DNA from: an uncultured Ruminococcus sp.
Lineage (GTDB): Bacteria; Bacillota; Clostridia; Oscillospirales; CAG-382
DNA length: 64,000 nucleotides
Reading direction: 5' to 3'
NCBI GenBank assembly: GCA_964487775.1
Contig: CAZASH010000002.1
Location: 134,142-198,141, forward strand
The number at the start of each line of letters is the position of its first letter. Position 1 is the stretch's first letter. Below, piece by piece: positions 62,904 through 64,000 of this stretch. The notes below the pieces were generated by a model that saw only the letters and a program-made list of their open reading frames with translations, did no database searches and was not told where the DNA came from. Position numbers and translations under genes: made by a program.

Positions 62904-64000
62904 ATGTCTTATGATTATCTTATAGTCGGCGCAGGTCTTTTCGGCAGCGTTTTTGCGCACGAGATGACCAAGCTGGGCAAAAAATGCCTCGTCATAGACC
63001 GCCGTGAGCATATAGGCGGCAACTGCTATACCAAAAATTGCGACGGCATCAACGTGCATGTTTACGGTGCGCATATATTCCACACGTCAGATAAAGAGGT
63101 TTGGGATTATGTCAACCAATTTGCCGAGTTTAACAACTTTATAAACTCGCCTGTCGCAAATTATAAGGGTGAGCTTTATAACCTGCCGTTCAATATGAAC
63201 ACCTTCTATCGCCTTTGGGGCACTGTTACACCTCAGGAGGCAGCCGCAGAGATCGAGCGTCAGCGCGGCGAGATAAAGGGCGAGCCCAAGAACCTCGAGG
63301 AGCAGGCAATAAAGCTTGTGGGCAGAGATGTCTATCAAAAGCTCATCGAGGGCTATACACGCAAGCAATGGGGCAGGCCCTGCGACCAACTGCCTGCGTT
63401 TATCATCAAGCGCTTGCCTGTCAGGTTTACATACGACAACAACTATTTCACCGACAGGTATCAGGGCATTCCCGAGGGGGGCTATACGGCGATATTCCAA
63501 AAGCTTTTGTCGGGCATCGAGACCAGACTTGGCTGCGATTATTTCAGCGACAGACAATATTTTGACAGCATCGCCGAAAAGGTCGTTTATACAGGCAGGC
63601 TTGACGAATATTTTGACCTCTGCTATGGCGAGCTCGACTATCGCGGGCTGAGGTTCGAGACCGAAGCTCTCGATATTCCCAATTATCAGGGCAACGCCGT
63701 GGTCAATTATACAGAGTACGAGATACCCTATACCCGCATAATCGAGCACAAGCATTTCGAGCACACCATATCCTGCAACACGGTTATCACGCGTGAATAT
63801 CCTGCGCAGTGGCAGCACGGCGACGAGCCTTATTATCCCGTCAACGACGAGCGCAATGATGAGCTTTGCGGCAAATATCGTGCTCTTGCCGATCAAAAGC
63901 AGAATGTTATATTCGGCGGCAGGCTCGGCACTTATAAATACCTCGATATGCACGCCGTCATAAGACAGGCGCTCGACGCCGTTACGGCAGAGAAGGAGCA
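62904..64000 (+). CDS. glf: UDP-galactopyranose mutase (3' end beyond the window)
   Basis: My own translation reads MSYDYLIVGAGLFGSVFAHE..HIGGNCYT..VHVYGAHIFHT..YTRKQWG..GGRLGTYKYLDMH. No stop occurs before 64000, so it is absent from the ORF track. The listed minus-strand ORF 63087-63953 is its shadow. Confidence 0.9.
   Translation, partial: MSYDYLIVGAGLFGSVFAHEMTKLGKKCLVIDRREHIGGNCYTKNCDGINVHVYGAHIFHTSDKEVWDYVNQFAEFNNFINSPVANYKGELYNLPFNMNTFYRLWGTVTPQEAAAEIERQRGEIKGEPKNLEEQAIKLVGRDVYQKLIEGYTRKQWGRPCDQLPAFIIKRLPVRFTYDNNYFTDRYQGIPEGGYTAIFQKLLSGIETRLGCDYFSDRQYFDSIAEKVVYTGRLDEYFDLCYGELDYRGLRFETEALDIPNYQGNAVVNYTEYEIPYTRIIEHKHFEHTISCNTVITREYPAQWQHGDEPYYPVNDERNDELCGKYRALADQKQNVIFGGRLGTYKYLDMHAVIRQALDAVTAEKE

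Noticed and set aside
63087-63953. 288-aa minus-strand ORF in the ORF track
   Set aside because: It is the antisense shadow of a textbook UDP-galactopyranose mutase on the plus strand (62904 to the window end). The track omits that gene because it has no stop in the window. The minus-strand product has no motifs and is low complexity.
1-64000. Scan for CRISPR arrays, rRNA or tRNA genes, transposases, integrases and phage genes
   Set aside because: I found no short regularly spaced repeats, no rRNA- or tRNA-like conserved blocks in any intergenic region over 100 nt, and no DDE, tyrosine- or serine-recombinase motifs in any ORF translation.

Overview
This 64-kb window looks like a chromosomal segment from a moderately GC-rich Firmicutes (Clostridia-like) genome. 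That assignment is inferred from gene content and order only. Most of it is housekeeping. It holds type III glutamine synthetase, a gltX-glnS tandem, and dgt plus the dnaG-rpoD operon. It also holds the Bacillus-like string yicC/yloC-remA-gmk-rpoZ-priA-def-fmt-rsmB-rlmN-prpC-prkC-rsgA. Further on are pssA, yceD-rpmF, DUF512-der-plsY, rarA, a DnaD-family protein with dnaI and rnhA, ddl-murI and nagA. A glf gene runs off the 3' edge and is absent from the ORF track because it has no stop in the window. I recognised no rRNA, tRNA, CRISPR array, transposase or integrase.

The main finding is two visibly AT-rich gene cassettes, each bounded by direct repeats that duplicate the host's own expression signals.
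- The first is 1.7 kb and sits exactly between an ABC ATPase gene and its permease gene. It is flanked by a perfect 50-bp repeat made of the ATPase 3' end, the RBS and the ATG.
- The second is about 0.66 kb and lies upstream of a MATE gene. It is flanked by a roughly 128-bp repeat made of a terminator hairpin, a promoter and a leader.
- Every ORF inside these cassettes is broken at a homopolymer run (A8, T7, A6, G7). A7 runs inside the core genes rsgA and prkC are in frame.

Other notable items:
- a TrmK-Maf fusion protein
- a BlaI/BlaR1-type pair whose sensor is a repeat-built, non-PBP domain
- a translationally coupled DUF5685 / J-domain protein with a Cys-string tail / membrane-protein trio
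- a six-gene operon of two methyltransferases, an ATC-hydrolase-like protein, two paralogous membrane proteins and a ZIP transporter
- a stand-alone GMP synthase ATP-PPase subunit
- a catalytically dead rhomboid-like protein
- an orphan RACo-like ASKHA protein

All family assignments come from reading motifs in the translations. No database search was run.
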